Shown: positions 35,944 to 46,102, counted from the first letter of the stretch. The stretch is DNA of 64,000 nt from an uncultured Candidatus Saccharibacteria bacterium (GCA_964423445.1 CAYREQ010000003.1:821-64820); one strand, 5' to 3'. Translations and numbers: made by a program. The notes: generated by a model from the letters alone, not told the origin.

Positions 35944-37590
35944 TTATTTTTTACCCTTACAAGCTTTTATGAAAGCTGAGAAGAGAGGGTGTGGGTTTAG
36001 TGGATGAGCTAAAAATTCAGGATGAAATTGTGTACCTACGAAAAATGGATGCTCTTTTTTAGGTAATTCTGCTATCTCCATCAATGTGCCATCTGGTGAA
36101 CGTCCTGAGAACACTAGACCTTTGGCTTCTAACTCTTCTACAAATGAAGGATTTACTTCGTAGCGGTGTCTGTGTCTCTCTATGACTTCGTCTTTACCAT
36201 AGCTAGCTTGTGCTATTGTTCCCTTCTTTAGTATGGCTTTATATTCTCCCAAACGCATAGATCCTCCATAAGCATTGTTTTTGATTATTTCTTTCTGAGA
36301 TTCCATGATATCTATGACTATATTTTTTGATTTTGGATTTACTTCTCTTGTGTTTGCATCTTTGAGACCGAGGACATTTCGTGCATACTCTATCACCATC
36401 ATCTGCATACCATAACAAAGTCCCAAGTATGGAATTTTATTTTTACGAGCAAATTCCACAGCCATAAGCTTGCCTTCTACTCCCCTCGTGCCAAATCCTC
36501 CTGGTACGATAATACCGTCATATTTTTTCAATTCTTTTAATTTCGCAGGATTTTTTTCAAAATCCACAGAGCTCAGCCAAGATATGATAGGCTTTTTATT
36601 TTGCATGTAAGAAGAGTATTTTATAGCCTCAATCACAGACAAATATGAATCAGACAATATAAAATCTCCGGTCTCAAAATATTTACCAATCATAGCAATA
36701 CTGACTGTATCTTTATCATTGTGTGCTTGTTTTGCAAAATTCTTCCAAGCACTCCATGCTTTATCATCAGGCTTCTTGCAAGACACACCCATGAGTTCAC
36801 AAAGCTTGTCGGACAATTTTTCTTTTTCAAAATTTAGTGGTATGTCATAGATACTATCCACGTCTGGTGCAGAAATTATACGGTCAGGTGGCACACTACA
36901 AAACATTGAAATTTTTTCTTTTCTTTTTTCATCTAATTTCACATCACTGCGAGCGATGATGAAATCAGCCTGCACACCAGAATTGTTTAATAGTCTGGCT
37001 GCATGCTGAGTAGGCTTTGTCTTCATCTCTCCTATCTTTGATGGTGTAGGTAGATAAGACACCATTATGAAAAATACATCTTTGGGTGCAGTAGTCTTCA
37101 TCATTCGAGCAGCTTCAAGGAAAAGAATATTTTCATATTCACCTGCTGTGCCACCGACTTCTATGATTACTACATCCGCATCTGCTACGACGCCTGCTTT
37201 TTTAATTCTATTTATGACTTCAAAAGGTATATCAGGGACGACTTGCACACACTTGCCTTCGTATTCTAGATTTCTCTCTTTTTCTATGACTGTCTTGTAG
37301 ACTCGGCCTGTAGTCATGTAATTGCCCCGAGTTAGCTTTAAATCAAGGAATCGCTCGTAGTTACCCATGTCTTGGTCTGTCTCATCTCCATCAGCTAGGA
37401 CAAAGACTTCACCATGCTCCACCGGGTTCATAGTACCAGCATCTACGTTTATGTATGGATCGATTTTTATAGCTGTAACATTTAGTCCGCGGTTCTTTAA
37501 AATAAGTCCTAGAGAGGAGGCGGTAATCCCTTTCCCTACTCCGGAAATTACACCACCCACTACAAAGATATATTTAGTTTCTTTTTTCAT
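35944..37590 (-). CDS. pyrG: CTP synthase
   Basis: N-terminal synthetase domain (IFVVGGVISGVGKG) and C-terminal glutamine amidotransferase domain (GLCYGMQ, catalytic Cys). Confidence 0.9.
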   Translation of the reverse strand: MKKETKYIFVVGGVISGVGKGITASSLGLILKNRGLNVTAIKIDPYINVDAGTMNPVEHGEVFVLADGDETDQDMGNYERFLDLKLTRGNYMTTGRVYKTVIEKERNLEYEGKCVQVVPDIPFEVINRIKKAGVVADADVVIIEVGGTAGEYENILFLEAARMMKTTAPKDVFFIMVSYLPTPSKIGEMKTKPTQHAARLLNNSGVQADFIIARSDVKLDEKRKEKISMFCSVPPDRIISAPDVDSIYDIPLNFEKEKLSDKLCELMGVSCKKPDDKAWSAWKNFAKQAHNDKDTVSIAMIGKYFETGDFILSDSYLSVIEAIKYSSYMQNKKPIISWLSSVDFEKNPAKLKELKKYDGIIVPGGFGTRGVEGKLMAVEFARKNKIPYLGLCYGMQMMVIEYARNVLGLKDANTREVNPKSKNIVIDIMESQKEIIKNNAYGGSMRLGEYKAILKKGTIAQASYGKDEVIERHRHRYEVNPSFVEELEAKGLVFSGRSPDGTLMEIAELPKKEHPFFVGTQFHPEFLAHPLNPHPLFSAFIKACKGKK

Positions 37591-37601
37591 GTTACTGACT
37601 T

Positions 37602-38519
37602 TTATTTGTTTAAATATTTCCTGACTGCAAGCACAGATGAAATCATACCCAAAAATACGCCAAACAGCAAATTCATTATAAATATCTGGAAAATATTTGA
37701 AACATAGTAATCATATATATTAAAACCAAAGAAATTTGTCATTTTAGCTCCTAGCCAAAATGTGACCGGCCAGAATATGACCAAGGTAATTATGGTAGCT
37801 ATAATACCGTAAATAACACCTTCCACCATAAATGGTCCACGAACATAAGTCTTTGAAGCACCCACCAAACGCATCACCCCTATCTCATCTTTTGAGATAA
37901 ATATTGCGAGTCTAATAGTGTTGAAAGTGATAATTATAGAAATGATGACCAAAATGAGCGTGATGAGAAAACCTAGTCTTTGAGCTCCAGAGATAATCGC
38001 ATTTAGTCTATCTATTACTACTTTGTTTTGGTGGTAATTTATCTTATCTACTATAGTATTTGAACCAGAGACTAGTGTATTGTCAGATTTTAGGAAATCA
38101 GCTATACCTTCATATTGCGAAATGTCTTTGGCTTTGATATTCAAATATGCACCTAGTGGGTTTGTGCCTATCTCATCCAATGCAGCGATGGTAGGATAAT
38201 CATTTTCATGTCGAGCACGGAAAAGCTCTAAGGCTTCTTTGGCGCTAGTATATGTGACATCAGCGACTTCGGGTAATTGAGAGATAGAATCTTTTAGAGA
38301 TAAAATCTTTTCTTCAGATGCTCCGACGGTGAAATATATGGTGATATCTACTTTGTCTTTGATATTATTTAAAGAAAAATAAAGTACTGACTGAAGTAAA
38401 ATTATAAAAGTTATAAAAGACAGAGTGACAGTGACCACTAAAACAGCGGCGAAAGAGACCAAAGTATTTCTAGTAAAATTTACCCAACCTGCTTTTATAA
38501 TTCTTTTAAATTCTATCAT
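37602..38519 (-). CDS. ftsX: cell division ABC transporter permease FtsX
   Basis: Four-TM FtsX topology with a large first extracytoplasmic loop, immediately downstream of ftsE. Confidence 0.75.
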   Translation of the reverse strand: MIEFKRIIKAGWVNFTRNTLVSFAAVLVVTVTLSFITFIILLQSVLYFSLNNIKDKVDITIYFTVGASEEKILSLKDSISQLPEVADVTYTSAKEALELFRARHENDYPTIAALDEIGTNPLGAYLNIKAKDISQYEGIADFLKSDNTLVSGSNTIVDKINYHQNKVVIDRLNAIISGAQRLGFLITLILVIISIIITFNTIRLAIFISKDEIGVMRLVGASKTYVRGPFMVEGVIYGIIATIITLVIFWPVTFWLGAKMTNFFGFNIYDYYVSNIFQIFIMNLLFGVFLGMISSVLAVRKYLNK

Positions 38520-38543
38520 TGTTTTATTTGTAAACTTTAAATA

Positions 38544-39218
38544 CTAATTGGCTTTTTTATGTTTTGTGTCTTTTACTACTTTTCCTTTTTCCATAGTGAC
38601 TACTCTCTTGTTTACTGCATCTATCACTCCTTTGTCATGAGTAGTCAAAATCACAGTAGTACCTAGGTCATTTATTTTTTTCAAAATTTGAATTATTTCA
38701 TGAGTATTTTGAGAATCCAAATTTCCAGTAGGCTCGTCTGCTATCAAAAGCTCGGGCTGGTTTATGATGGCTCTCGCTATAGCTACTCTCTGCTGTTCAC
38801 CCACTGAGAGCTGGTGTGGAAAATGCATCATTTTATCTGACATATTTACGAGCTCTAAGACGTTTGGAATATCACTTTGTATTTCTTCATCAGTCTTGCC
38901 TAATGCTTCCATAGAAAAAGCGATATTTTCGTACGCGGTCTTGTTTGGTAGTAATTTAAAATCTTGAAAAACTACGCCGATACGTTGACGAAGCTTTGTG
39001 AGGTCTTTATTTTTTAATTTATGGACATCTATAGACTCAAAAAATACAGTCCCGTCTGTAGGATTTTCATCAACTAAAATCATTTTTGTCAGTGTGCTCT
39101 TTCCAGCTCCTGAATGACCGATAATTGATACAAACTCTCCGGCTGTAATTGTTAAAGTGACATCGTCCAATGCCACTCCTTCTTTGTAAACTTTTGAAAC
39201 ATTGTTGAAGTAAATCAC
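38544..39218 (-). CDS. ftsE: cell division ATP-binding protein FtsE
   Basis: Walker A GHSGAGKST, signature LSVGEQQR and Walker B LLIADEPTGNLD, paired with ftsX. Confidence 0.8.
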   Translation of the reverse strand: MIYFNNVSKVYKEGVALDDVTLTITAGEFVSIIGHSGAGKSTLTKMILVDENPTDGTVFFESIDVHKLKNKDLTKLRQRIGVVFQDFKLLPNKTAYENIAFSMEALGKTDEEIQSDIPNVLELVNMSDKMMHFPHQLSVGEQQRVAIARAIINQPELLIADEPTGNLDSQNTHEIIQILKKINDLGTTVILTTHDKGVIDAVNKRVVTMEKGKVVKDTKHKKAN

Positions 39219-39230
39219 CTATCTATAATA

Positions 39231-40115
39231 TCATATATTTTTCTCCCCTTCAATAAAAATGTCTATCTCGCCATCTAAAACTATATCGACATTTGAGGTT
39301 TCCACTCCCGTCCTGTGATCTTTGACCATTTTATATGGATGTAATACATATGATCTTATCTGACTACCCCATTCTATCTCGGTATTCTTCATTTTCATGC
39401 TCTCTTCTATGCTTTTTTTGTCTTTCTCAGCTTGTTTAAAGATTTTAGCGCGTAAAATAGCCATAGCTTGGTCTCTGTTTTTTTCTTGGGAGCGCTCGGT
39501 AGATGCTGACACGGAAATACCTGTAGGAATATGGACTATACGAACTGCTGTCTCTCTCTTGTTTACATTTTGCCCTCCTGGGCCACTGCTCTTACTAAAT
39601 TCTATCTTCAAATCACTCTCGGGTATCATCACGTCTTTTTCTTCTAATTTTGAAAACTTTGGTAAAACCTCTACGAGTGAAAAAGAAGTGTGGCGAAGCT
39701 TTTTTGCATTAAATGGAGAGATACGGACGAGCCTATGCACCCCAGATTCATTTTTTAAATTCCCATAAGCATTCTTGCCTACGACTTCTATGGTGATATT
39801 CCTGTAGCCACCATGGTCATTTTTGTGGTCATGAATTAAAAATACTTCAAAATTCATCCTCTTTGCATATTTTTCATACATAGAGAAAAGCATTGCCGAA
39901 AAATCTTCAGCGTCATCCCCTCCTGCTCCAGAGATTACTGTCAATATTGCATTACCTTTATCATATTTTCCTACACCAGATAATTTATCTTTGAGTTCGG
40001 CTATTTGTTTTAAAACATTTTGTGCTTTATTTTTATCATTCCAAAAATCTGGACTTTGCATTTCCATCTCTAGCTCATCTATTTTTTTTTGTATTTCATT
40101 TTTATCTTCAGCCAT
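39231..40115 (-). CDS. prfB: peptide chain release factor 2 (short N-terminal domain form)
   Basis: Has an SPF tripeptide motif (RISPFNAKK) and a GGQ motif (SGPGGQNVNK). It starts directly after a tRNA gene, so no programmed frameshift segment is present. Confidence 0.8.
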   Translation of the reverse strand: MAEDKNEIQKKIDELEMEMQSPDFWNDKNKAQNVLKQIAELKDKLSGVGKYDKGNAILTVISGAGGDDAEDFSAMLFSMYEKYAKRMNFEVFLIHDHKNDHGGYRNITIEVVGKNAYGNLKNESGVHRLVRISPFNAKKLRHTSFSLVEVLPKFSKLEEKDVMIPESDLKIEFSKSSGPGGQNVNKRETAVRIVHIPTGISVSASTERSQEKNRDQAMAILRAKIFKQAEKDKKSIEESMKMKNTEIEWGSQIRSYVLHPYKMVKDHRTGVETSNVDIVLDGEIDIFIEGEKNI

Positions 40116-40131
40116 ATATTTATTATACTAG

Positions 40132-40202
40132 AGCCGAAGATGGGAATCGAACCCATGTTTCTACTTTACGAAAGTAAAGTTCTGCCACTGAACTACTTCG
40201 GC
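40132..40202 (-). tRNA. tRNA-Thr (anticodon CGT)
   Basis: Reverse complement folds as GCCGAAG-TA-GTTC..GAAC-T-TTACT-TTCGTAA-AGTAG-AAAC-ATGGG-TTCGATT-CCCAT-CTTCGGC-T. Confidence 0.8.
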
Positions 40203-40209
40203 TTTATCG

Positions 40210-40284
40210 TGGAGCCGTTGGTGGGAATTGGACCCACGCTCTCCATATTACCAATATGGTGCTTTACCACTAAGCTACAACGGC
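40210..40284 (-). tRNA. tRNA-Thr (anticodon GGT), CCA encoded
   Basis: Reverse complement is GCCGTTG-TA-GCTT..AAGC, anticodon arm CCATA-TTGGTAA-TATGG, T-arm GTGGG-TCCAATT-CCCAC, then CAACGGC-T-CCA. Confidence 0.8.
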
Positions 40285-40397
40285 GTACTTAAAACATAGT
40301 AGTGTATTTACCCTTATTTTGCAAAAATAAAAACACTAGAATTATTCTAGTGTTTTTCTGCGCGACTTAGAAGACTGTATTAAAATTATATTTATTA

Positions 40398-40766
40398 CTA
40401 TTTTTTAAAATAACTTTCATTACCTAAAAACGTAACTTGAAATCCATTTACTAATGCCACCATATGGGAATGTTTTGACTGGGACGGACCACAATAATGA
40501 ACTAAACTATCAATATTTATTTCAGCCAGCCTCTTTATAAATTCTTTTATATCTTTTTTGTCCCCTACTACGTCTATATCATGCTCTGTATAACCTCTAT
40601 TCTTTAAACCACCAACAATAAAAAGATTGAGTCCAGATAAATGTGGTTCAATTTGATCAAGTGTAATTTTTTTATATTTCTTTCCAAGGAGGTTGGTCAA
40701 CCCGTGACCAAAGACTCTTGAACCAAAATAACATAACTTACACGAATAAGAATTACTATTTGACAT
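40398..40766 (-). CDS. hypothetical protein (start trimmed to internal ATG to avoid tRNA-Asp)
   Basis: The ORF-track start at 40796 would overlap tRNA-Asp. The internal ATG at 40766 (MSNSNSY...) is more plausible. A weak nucleotidyltransferase-like hG[GS]...DIDVV pattern is present. Confidence 0.3.
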   Translation of the reverse strand: MSNSNSYSCKLCYFGSRVFGHGLTNLLGKKYKKITLDQIEPHLSGLNLFIVGGLKNRGYTEHDIDVVGDKKDIKEFIKRLAEINIDSLVHYCGPSQSKHSHMVALVNGFQVTFLGNESYFKK

Positions 40767-40769
40767 CTG

Positions 40770-40844
40770 CGCGATCGACCGGACTTGAACCGGCAACCTC
40801 TTCCGTGACAGGGAAGCGCTCTAACCAAATTGAGCTACGACCGC
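40770..40844 (-). tRNA. tRNA-Asp (anticodon GTC)
   Basis: Reverse complement is GCGGTCG-TA-GCTC-AATTTGGTTA-GAGC-G-CTTCC-CTGTCAC-GGAAG-AGGTT-GCCGG-TTCAAGT-CCGGT-CGATCGC-G. Confidence 0.8.
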
Positions 40845-40890
40845 ATAAAGACTATTATACATAAAAACGCCTAATTTCAAAGCATTTTTG

Positions 40891-40964
40891 TGTCGGCGGG
40901 AGGAATCGAACCTCCGACCTTGGGCTTATGAGTCCCACGCTCTAACCGTCTGAGCTACGCCGAC
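40891..40964 (-). tRNA. tRNA-Met (anticodon CAT; elongator Met or lysidine-modified Ile2, not initiator)
   Basis: Reverse complement is GTCGGCG-TA-GCTC-AGACGGTTA-GAGC-G-TGGGA-CTCATAA-GCCCA-AGGTC-GGAGG-TTCGATT-CCTCC-CGCCGAC-A. The paired G1-C72 argues against an initiator tRNA. Confidence 0.7.
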
Positions 40965-41041
40965 ATATAACAATAAAAGTTATTTTAATTCTTTTACTAT
41001 AACAGTTTTTCGTAAAAATTCAAATATTCTGTTATTATTCA

Positions 41042-43207
41042 ATGGTGAATCTATCTGACAAAATTGAAGAAAAATTCCGCCTAGATACAAACCAGAAAAA
41101 GGCTCTGTCAAAACTAAAGCTCTTTTCGGTGGCTGATTTGCTTTTCCACTTCCCTGTCCGCTATAGCGACATCAGCACTGTGATGAATATAGCTGATTTG
41201 TCTGTGGGTGATATGGCAACAATATATGGCAAAATATCTAAACTAAAAACCAAAAAAGCTTTTAGGACAAATATTCCTATGGCGGAGGGAGAAATAGAAG
41301 ACTTGTCTGGAAAAATAAAAATTACTTGGTTTCACCAAGCTTACCTAGCCAAGATGGTAAAAGATAATACCAATGTAAAATTGACCGGCAAAGTGACCCA
41401 AAGTAAAAATGGTATTTATCTAGCAAACCCAGAGGTTGAAAAAGTGCCTTATATGCCGATAGATTCACACGACACTTTATTTTCCAAAGACGAGATAGAA
41501 AATGTCGGTTTTTCTTATCCAATATATGTAGAGACCCGTGGTATTACTAGCAAATGGTTTTACCATGCAATTGAAAAAATATTAAAAGAACATACTTTAG
41601 ACGATATCCCTGATTACATACCAAGTGATATATTAAAAAAATACCACTTGCCTACCCTAAAGACTGCACTCATCTGGATTCATAAACCAAAGAATAAAAA
41701 AGACGCCGAGTCTGCAAGAAAAAGATTTGCTTTTGAAGAAGTATTTTCTATTCAGCTAGAACGCCAAAGAGATAAATTTGAATATAGAAAAAATAAATCT
41801 TTCCAAATAAAACCAGACGAAAAAGATATAAAAGAATTTTTGGGTAGATTTCCTTTTGAGCCGACGAAGTCACAAAAAAAATCTATCAAAACCATACTAG
41901 ATGATATGGGAAAAAACTTTCCAATGTCTCGCCTGCTCGAAGGAGATGTAGGCTCTGGTAAGACAGCTGTCGCAGCCACGGCAGCTTATGTGGCTGTGAG
42001 ACAAAGACCAAATGGCCAAAACTTTGGTAATCTAAATGTCGCCTATATGGCACCGACAGAGATACTGGCCACTCAACACTTTGAATCTTTTATCCAATAT
42101 TTTAAACATTTACCAATACAGATAGGCCTGATTACTGGATCTGGTTGTAGAAAATTCCCATCAAAATTAAATCCGGATGGATGGACTACAATATCTCGAG
42201 CTCAATTATTGAAATGGGTAGCCAATGGAGAAATTCCTATATTGATAGGAACGCATGCGCTAATACAAAAAAGTGTGAAGTTTAAAAACTTGGCATTAGT
42301 AGTGATAGACGAACAGCATAGATTTGGTACAGCTCAAAGGCGAAATCTTGTTCGCAAAGACAACATCGCTCCTCACCTACTGTCTATGACGGCGACACCT
42401 ATCCCCCGCACACTAGCCCTCACCATTTATGGCGATCTAGATTTATCACTCTTAGAAGAAATGCCACTCGGACGTAAACCTATAATCACAGAAATAATTA
42501 CTCCAAATAAACGCGAAGAAACTTATGAGGAAATAAGACATGAGCTTGAAAATGGCAGACAATTATATGTCATCTGTCCGAGAATTTTTGAGCCTGACCC
42601 TGAAAAAGAAATGGCCTTAAATGTAAAATCTGCAACAGAAGAAGCCAAAAGATTAAAGAAAGAAGTATTTAAAGAATATGAAATCGGAGTCTTGCACAGC
42701 AAGATGACTAAAGAAAAAAAAGAAGAAGTGATGGCGGAGTTTACTGATAATAAAATCCAGATATTGTGTGCGACATCTGTGGTGGAAGTGGGTGTAAATG
42801 TACCCAATGCAACAATCATAATCATAGAAGGTGCAGAGAGATTTGGACTAGCACAACTACACCAGCTCCGAGGACGAGTAATCCGAAGTTCACACCAAGC
42901 TTACTGCTATATATTTGCTGAAGCAAAAAGTGAAAAGACTATAGCGAGATTGAAGGCTCTTAAGACTGCAAAGAATGGTTTTGAATTAGCCGAATTAGAC
43001 TTGTCTCTGCGTGGAGCTGGAGAGCTAGGAGGCACAAAGCAATGGGGCATCACTGACCTCGGCATGGAAGCTATAAAGAATATAAAAATGGTAGAAGCTG
43101 CGCGCACCGAAGCGATAAGATTGATAGAAGAAGATCCGGAGTTAAAAAAATACCCTTTGCTAAAACAAAAAGTTCACCAAAAAGCCGGCGAATTTCATTT
43201 TGAGTAA
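41042..43207 (+). CDS. recG: ATP-dependent DNA helicase RecG
   Basis: Has an N-terminal wedge/OB region and an SF2 helicase core with Walker A GDVGSGKT, DEQHRFG (DExH) and QLRGRVIR (motif VI). Confidence 0.85.
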   Translation: MVNLSDKIEEKFRLDTNQKKALSKLKLFSVADLLFHFPVRYSDISTVMNIADLSVGDMATIYGKISKLKTKKAFRTNIPMAEGEIEDLSGKIKITWFHQAYLAKMVKDNTNVKLTGKVTQSKNGIYLANPEVEKVPYMPIDSHDTLFSKDEIENVGFSYPIYVETRGITSKWFYHAIEKILKEHTLDDIPDYIPSDILKKYHLPTLKTALIWIHKPKNKKDAESARKRFAFEEVFSIQLERQRDKFEYRKNKSFQIKPDEKDIKEFLGRFPFEPTKSQKKSIKTILDDMGKNFPMSRLLEGDVGSGKTAVAATAAYVAVRQRPNGQNFGNLNVAYMAPTEILATQHFESFIQYFKHLPIQIGLITGSGCRKFPSKLNPDGWTTISRAQLLKWVANGEIPILIGTHALIQKSVKFKNLALVVIDEQHRFGTAQRRNLVRKDNIAPHLLSMTATPIPRTLALTIYGDLDLSLLEEMPLGRKPIITEIITPNKREETYEEIRHELENGRQLYVICPRIFEPDPEKEMALNVKSATEEAKRLKKEVFKEYEIGVLHSKMTKEKKEEVMAEFTDNKIQILCATSVVEVGVNVPNATIIIIEGAERFGLAQLHQLRGRVIRSSHQAYCYIFAEAKSEKTIARLKALKTAKNGFELAELDLSLRGAGELGGTKQWGITDLGMEAIKNIKMVEAARTEAIRLIEEDPELKKYPLLKQKVHQKAGEFHFE

Positions 43208-43219
43208 TTTACTTATTGT

Positions 43220-43786
43220 TTATTTATAGTCTGGAATGATTTCTTCGTGGCCACCGACTCTACTAGAGATACGAGCAAGTGCGTAGAGTAAGCTAGATAG
43301 TCTATTTAAATATTGCAAAGTGTTAGGTAAAACTTCTGTTTTTCCTTCTTCTTTTACTGCCACCACTCTCCTCTCAGCTCGGCGTGCGAGTGTACGAGCA
43401 AAATCAAACATACCACCGAGCTCTGTCGCACCAGAAATGAAAAAACTATTTATTTTAGGCAAAACTCTCTCTATGCTATCTGTTATACTTTCAATCTTTT
43501 TTATTTTATCGTCTGTGATATTTTTATCAGCACCAGCTACCTGTGCTTGAATGATAAAAAGATTTTGCTGAACTTCTAAGACCACGTCTGCATATTGCAT
43601 ACGATGATTTTCGGGGTCGTCACGTTCAAAGCCCTGAGCTGCGGCCTTGGCACGAACAAAACCCAAAAAAGAATTCACTTCATCTAGTGTGCCGAGTGCT
43701 TCAGCTACGAGAGAGCTCTTTGATACTCTCTGGTCGCAACCAAATGTCTTTGTGGTGCCGTCATCTCCTTTTCTTGTATACAACAT
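43220..43786 (-). CDS. ATP:cob(I)alamin adenosyltransferase, PduO-type
   Basis: Starting at the internal Met, the product is MLYTRKGDDGTTKTFGCDQRVSKSSLVAEALGTLDEVNSFLG. This matches the PduO/MMAB N-terminal signature (IYTKTGDKGETSL...EAYGTxDELN). The ORF-track start at 43819 would overlap the nrdJ stop. Confidence 0.75.
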   Translation of the reverse strand: MLYTRKGDDGTTKTFGCDQRVSKSSLVAEALGTLDEVNSFLGFVRAKAAAQGFERDDPENHRMQYADVVLEVQQNLFIIQAQVAGADKNITDDKIKKIESITDSIERVLPKINSFFISGATELGGMFDFARTLARRAERRVVAVKEEGKTEVLPNTLQYLNRLSSLLYALARISSRVGGHEEIIPDYK

Positions 43787-43791
43787 AATTT

Positions 43792-46098
43792 TTATATTTC
43801 GCAGACGCCAGAGACACAAGCAAATTCTTTTGCACCTACTGTATTGTCTACACTTTCGTATTGAGAAAGTTTTGAGAAATCAATTTTACCTATAGCTTTT
43901 GAACGCTTTTCGTATTCTTCTTTTGTTATCTCTTCATATGGAGCGAGCTGATATACGTGTTCAGAGCGAGGAAGAAATGATAGTCCACCAATCCAATCCC
44001 AGTTTTCATAAACAAAGTTTCCTACTGCTATCCATTCATCTGGTCCTACATATATAGTCGCTGAAGGATTGTGTTCTACAAAGTGTTCTTTTAGTCTCTT
44101 CCACTCTTTCATCAATTCTAGGGCTGATACTTCATCTTTGAATATTGCACCCTTTGGAGCTTTTACTGGGAACTCTAGGACAAAAGTAGTAGCTGTAGAT
44201 TCTGCTTGTCCTACTTCTGGAAGACAAGGCACTCCTTGATCGCGAGCCATTTGCAATAGTGTATCTGTGTGTGAAATACGAACTCGGCGAATAAAGTATG
44301 GGGCATACCATGGGTGCATACCTGAACCCACACCTAGGAGCTGTCCAGAATTTCCATGAGGCTTTACACAAGTAATAGCAGTAGATTGATTGATACCAAA
44401 ACGCTTTGCATATTTTTTATTTACTTCTACAGAAGCAGCTTTTAGCATATCCAATACTTTATCTTCACGAATGATTGGATTGTCATAATATCCTGTGAGT
44501 GATACTCCGAGCAATCTCTCAGCATCACAATTTTCTTTCCACTTCTTTGAAAGGTAACCAAAATTTGTAAGAGTAGATTGATATGTTCCGAGCAATGTAG
44601 CTAATTCTATTTTTCTCTTTAGACTTTCCTTTGTGTCGTTTGGGCGGATAACGATACTAGTCAAATTACAAAATTGTTTTGATCGTAGATAAATTTCTCC
44701 ACAAGGATTTAATCCTATTTGTCTCTCATCTTTTATCGCTTCCCATCTACGTGCTGGGACTTGTTTCTCTAGTCCTGCTCGGTTGAAAATTCCACGCTCT
44801 CCTGATTTTGATTTTACCAATGCTGTCCATTCATCTAGGAATTCTTCTGCTCCTGGCTTTGCATTGTATACTGCAGAATTGTTTGCCATCGCACGTTGAC
44901 CTTCGGTCAAATAAAATTGTCCTTTCTTTGCATCTCGCATTTCTGTATCTTCAAGCTCTGATAGAGAGATAAGTGCACTGCGTCGTACTCCCCCAGCTAC
45001 AACTATCAAACCAATCTGACAGATAAGATCGTGCATATCTATGTTTGAAAGTCGGCGTCCTTGTTTAGATAAAATTTTTCTCTTAGCAAACTCCATCAAA
45101 TCCATAAGTGGTTGTGGGCCTGAAGCTTTTCCTCCTGCTGTCTCTAGGCGTGCTCCTGCTGGACGAATCATGCTGTAATCAAACTTCATATCTTTTCCAT
45201 CAAACCAAGCATCCAGTCCTTTTACAAAAGCATCTGCCCAACCTTCCTTACTATCTATTACTACATGAGTAGGCACTGTACCTTTTGTCTGCTTTTTTAT
45301 TTGTGGAAACTTTTGAACATTTTCCCACTCCACAGCAAAGCCAAGACCAGCTCCACACATAGATACATACATTATTTCTCCTAGGTCTTGAGTACATGTA
45401 GGTGCTATATATGAACAATTGTAAGCCCAGACATTAGACTGACGACAAGCTTTGCCTGCAGACCATAAAAGTCTCATAGAAGGGCAAATATCTTGATTTA
45501 AGATAGCTTCTCGTACTTCAGAGTACTCTTTGGCTGTGAGTTTATCTCCTAGGTTTTCCTTCATATAATCCATGTATCGGTTTATGGTCTCTATCCATGT
45601 CTCACGGCGACCAAGCTCAGGAATCCATCTAGAATAAAATTGATAGAAAATATATTCTGAGTAAGGACTAGAAAAATATTTACTAGATTCTTCTACAGCT
45701 AGACGCACAGCCTCTGGCACTGGACCAAATTCTGCTCGTAGTTCTGATCTTTTGTTTCGGTAAAGAATATATTTCTTTGCTGTATCAGTAAAACCAGTCT
45801 TCATCAATTCTTTTTCCACCAAGTCTTGGACTATTTCTACAGTAGGTAAGAATTTTGCTCCTTTATTTTTTTTCACCAATTCAGATTGCAAATCAAGAAG
45901 GCTGTAAAAAACACTCTTGGCTACTTTATATGCTTCATTTTCTCCACCTTCGTTTGTAACTTCAAAAGCTTTATTTACAGCGTCCGCTATTATATCCAAA
46001 TCAAAATTCATCACTTCCCCACTTCTCTTGCGTATTGATTTTATTTTCTTTAGTTCGTTCTTGGAAATTTTTTCTACTGCCTTTGTTTTTGTTTTCAT
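43792..46098 (-). CDS. nrdJ: ribonucleotide reductase, class II (adenosylcobalamin-dependent, NrdJ-like) with N-terminal ATP-cone
   Basis: Has an ATP-cone (KRSGEVMNFDLDII), a radical-loop NPCGEI motif (class II-like, versus NLCxEI in class I) and a C-terminal Cys pair CVSGVC. No nrdB is present, and a PduO-type adenosyltransferase sits immediately downstream. Confidence 0.65.
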   Translation of the reverse strand: MKTKTKAVEKISKNELKKIKSIRKRSGEVMNFDLDIIADAVNKAFEVTNEGGENEAYKVAKSVFYSLLDLQSELVKKNKGAKFLPTVEIVQDLVEKELMKTGFTDTAKKYILYRNKRSELRAEFGPVPEAVRLAVEESSKYFSSPYSEYIFYQFYSRWIPELGRRETWIETINRYMDYMKENLGDKLTAKEYSEVREAILNQDICPSMRLLWSAGKACRQSNVWAYNCSYIAPTCTQDLGEIMYVSMCGAGLGFAVEWENVQKFPQIKKQTKGTVPTHVVIDSKEGWADAFVKGLDAWFDGKDMKFDYSMIRPAGARLETAGGKASGPQPLMDLMEFAKRKILSKQGRRLSNIDMHDLICQIGLIVVAGGVRRSALISLSELEDTEMRDAKKGQFYLTEGQRAMANNSAVYNAKPGAEEFLDEWTALVKSKSGERGIFNRAGLEKQVPARRWEAIKDERQIGLNPCGEIYLRSKQFCNLTSIVIRPNDTKESLKRKIELATLLGTYQSTLTNFGYLSKKWKENCDAERLLGVSLTGYYDNPIIREDKVLDMLKAASVEVNKKYAKRFGINQSTAITCVKPHGNSGQLLGVGSGMHPWYAPYFIRRVRISHTDTLLQMARDQGVPCLPEVGQAESTATTFVLEFPVKAPKGAIFKDEVSALELMKEWKRLKEHFVEHNPSATIYVGPDEWIAVGNFVYENWDWIGGLSFLPRSEHVYQLAPYEEITKEEYEKRSKAIGKIDFSKLSQYESVDNTVGAKEFACVSGVCEI

Positions 46099-46102
46099 AT
46101 AT

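Noticed and set aside
39231-40202. Programmed +1 frameshift in prfB
   Set aside because: The region upstream of the prfB ATG is occupied by tRNA-Thr(CGT), so there is no room for an upstream frame-0 segment. The short N-terminus is real or lineage-typical.
40089-40292. ORF-track CDS on the plus strand
   Set aside because: It lies entirely within the two tRNA-Thr genes on the opposite strand, so it is spurious.
40398-40796. ORF-track start at 40796 for the hypothetical protein
   Set aside because: That start would overlap the 3' end of tRNA-Asp (40770..40844) on the same strand. The internal ATG at 40766 is used instead.
43792-46098. Class I (NrdA) assignment for the ribonucleotide reductase
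   Set aside because: The C-terminal CVSGVC resembles the NrdA CESGAC tail. However, the radical loop is NPCGEI (class II-like) rather than NLCxEI, no nrdB is adjacent, and a cobalamin adenosyltransferase is co-operonic. Class II is kept with moderate confidence.
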